Assembly (NCBI GenBank): GCA_964483805.1
Contig: CAZADH010000034.1
Location: 1-25,850, forward strand
Direction: 5' to 3'
Source of the DNA: an uncultured bacterium
GTDB taxonomy: Bacteria > Muiribacteriota > Ozemobacteria > Ozemobacterales > Ozemobacteraceae
DNA: 25,850 bases
A program made the translations under genes and the position numbers. The notes under the pieces are model-generated. The model was given only the letters and a program-made list of their open reading frames with translations. It did no database searches and was not told the origin of the DNA. Below, piece by piece: positions 24,892 through 25,850 of the stretch. The stretch's first letter is position 1, and every line of letters begins with the position of its first letter.

Positions 24892-25850
24892 TCAGTCGGT
24901 CATCGTGCTGACGGAGTGCTCCCGGAAGATGCGAAACTCGATGGCCGGCCACTCTTCGATGATGCGGGTGAGACGCCACGCACTCGGCGCGAGGAAGGTC
25001 AGGTGTCCCTCGGAATCGAGGGCCAGGCGCGACCGGTAGGCGCGTTCAAAGCGCTCCATCTCGCCTTTGTTGTCGCAGACCAACCAACGCGCTGTCTCAT
25101 ACTCGACCGGGTGATAAACGGCCTCGACGCCATACTCGTCGCGCAACCGGGCCATCGTCACATCGAACTGGAGCGTGCCGACGGCACCGAGCACGTACTC
25201 GGTCGGATTGTTCAGCGGCCGGAAAACCTGGACCGCGCCCTCTTCGGACAACTGCAAGAGGCCCTTCTGAAGCTGCTTGGCGCGCAACGGATTCTTGAGC
25301 TGCACCTGCTTGAACAGTTCGGGGGCGAAGTTCGGAATGCCGGTGAACTGCAGCGGTTCCTTCGTGCTGAACGTGTCGCCGATTTTGATCGTGCCGCGGT
25401 TGTGGATGCCGATGATGTCGCCGGGAAAGGCTTCCTCGACGTTGGTGCGATCCTGGGCCAGAAAGATGGTGGCGTCTTTGACCACGATCTCTTTGCCGAG
25501 CCGGTGATGCACCATGCGCATCCCGCGCTGAAAACGGCCGGAGCAGATGCGCAGAAAGGCGAGGCGGTCGCGATGGGCCGGATCCATGTTCGCCTGGATC
25601 TTGAAGACGAACCCCGAAAATGCCTCTTCATCGGGAGCGACCACGCGCGACAGGGCTGCGCGCGGTTGCGGCGGCGGGGCGAGTTCGATGACCGCATCGA
25701 GCAGTTCTTTCACGCCGAAGTTGTTCAGCGCGCTGCCAAAGAACACCGGCGTCTGATTACCGCGGCGGAAATGCTCGAGATCGAACGGATTGGCGGCGCC
25801 GCTGAGCAGTTCGACGTCGTTGCGCAGATCGGCGGCCTGATCGCCCAACA
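24892..25850 (-). CDS. prfC: Peptide chain release factor 3, C-terminal about 318 aa (5' part beyond the right edge)
   Basis: The segment [27 protein letters not shown] matches the RF3 hallmark [15 protein letters not shown]. The downstream domain content is consistent with RF3. The frame is open to the window edge. Confidence 0.85.
   Translation of the reverse strand, partial: LGDQAADLRNDVELLSGAANPFDLEHFRRGNQTPVFFGSALNNFGVKELLDAVIELAPPPQPRAALSRVVAPDEEAFSGFVFKIQANMDPAHRDRLAFLRICSGRFQRGMRMVHHRLGKEIVVKDATIFLAQDRTNVEEAFPGDIIGIHNRGTIKIGDTFSTKEPLQFTGIPNFAPELFKQVQLKNPLRAKQLQKGLLQLSEEGAVQVFRPLNNPTEYVLGAVGTLQFDVTMARLRDEYGVEAVYHPVEYETARWLVCDNKGEMERFERAYRSRLALDSEGHLTFLAPSAWRLTRIIEEWPAIEFRIFREHSVSTMTD

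Overview
This is a high-GC (roughly 65% by eye) bacterial chromosomal segment. Only protein-coding genes and their signals are evident; I saw no tRNA, rRNA or CRISPR array. Gene order runs as follows. A partial secreted DUF4124/SLT-type lytic transglycosylase (-, 1-324) is first, then a small GC3-rich ORF with a CxxCH motif (-). Next is a membrane pyrophosphatase (H+-PPase/HppA-like, -) with a ~325-aa Gly/Ser/Ala-rich C-terminal tail containing three 84-bp tandem repeats, plus its own sigma70-like promoter and intrinsic terminator. Divergently on the + strand there are three tightly spaced genes. The first is a secreted TPR protein with a C-terminal HExxH...EGLAE peptidase-MA-like module. The second is a secreted 5'-nucleotidase/calcineurin-like phosphoesterase. 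The third is a full-length homolog of the eukaryotic major vault protein (MVP), with N-terminal MVP repeats, an SPFH-like shoulder, a long cap-helix and a cap-ring. A strong intrinsic terminator follows it. Downstream is an Rpn/PD-(D/E)XK 'putative transposase' nuclease whose C-terminal DUF4351-like domain is tandemly duplicated (2 x 264 bp) into a separate small ORF. A 2121-aa membrane protein on the - strand converges on these. It consists of two tandem [4TM, two periplasmic sensor domains, HAMP, class III cyclase] modules whose two cyclase domains have complementary degenerate catalytic residues. It appears co-transcribed with an upstream MMPL/RND-superfamily exporter. The right end carries the glycolytic gap-pgk-tpiA operon (-) with a clear terminator, followed by the 3' part of prfC. 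The most striking element is the bacterial MVP (vault-shell) gene in an apparent operon with two secreted hydrolases and next to a recombination-nuclease gene. All calls are from reading the sequence and recalled family motifs; no database search was possible.
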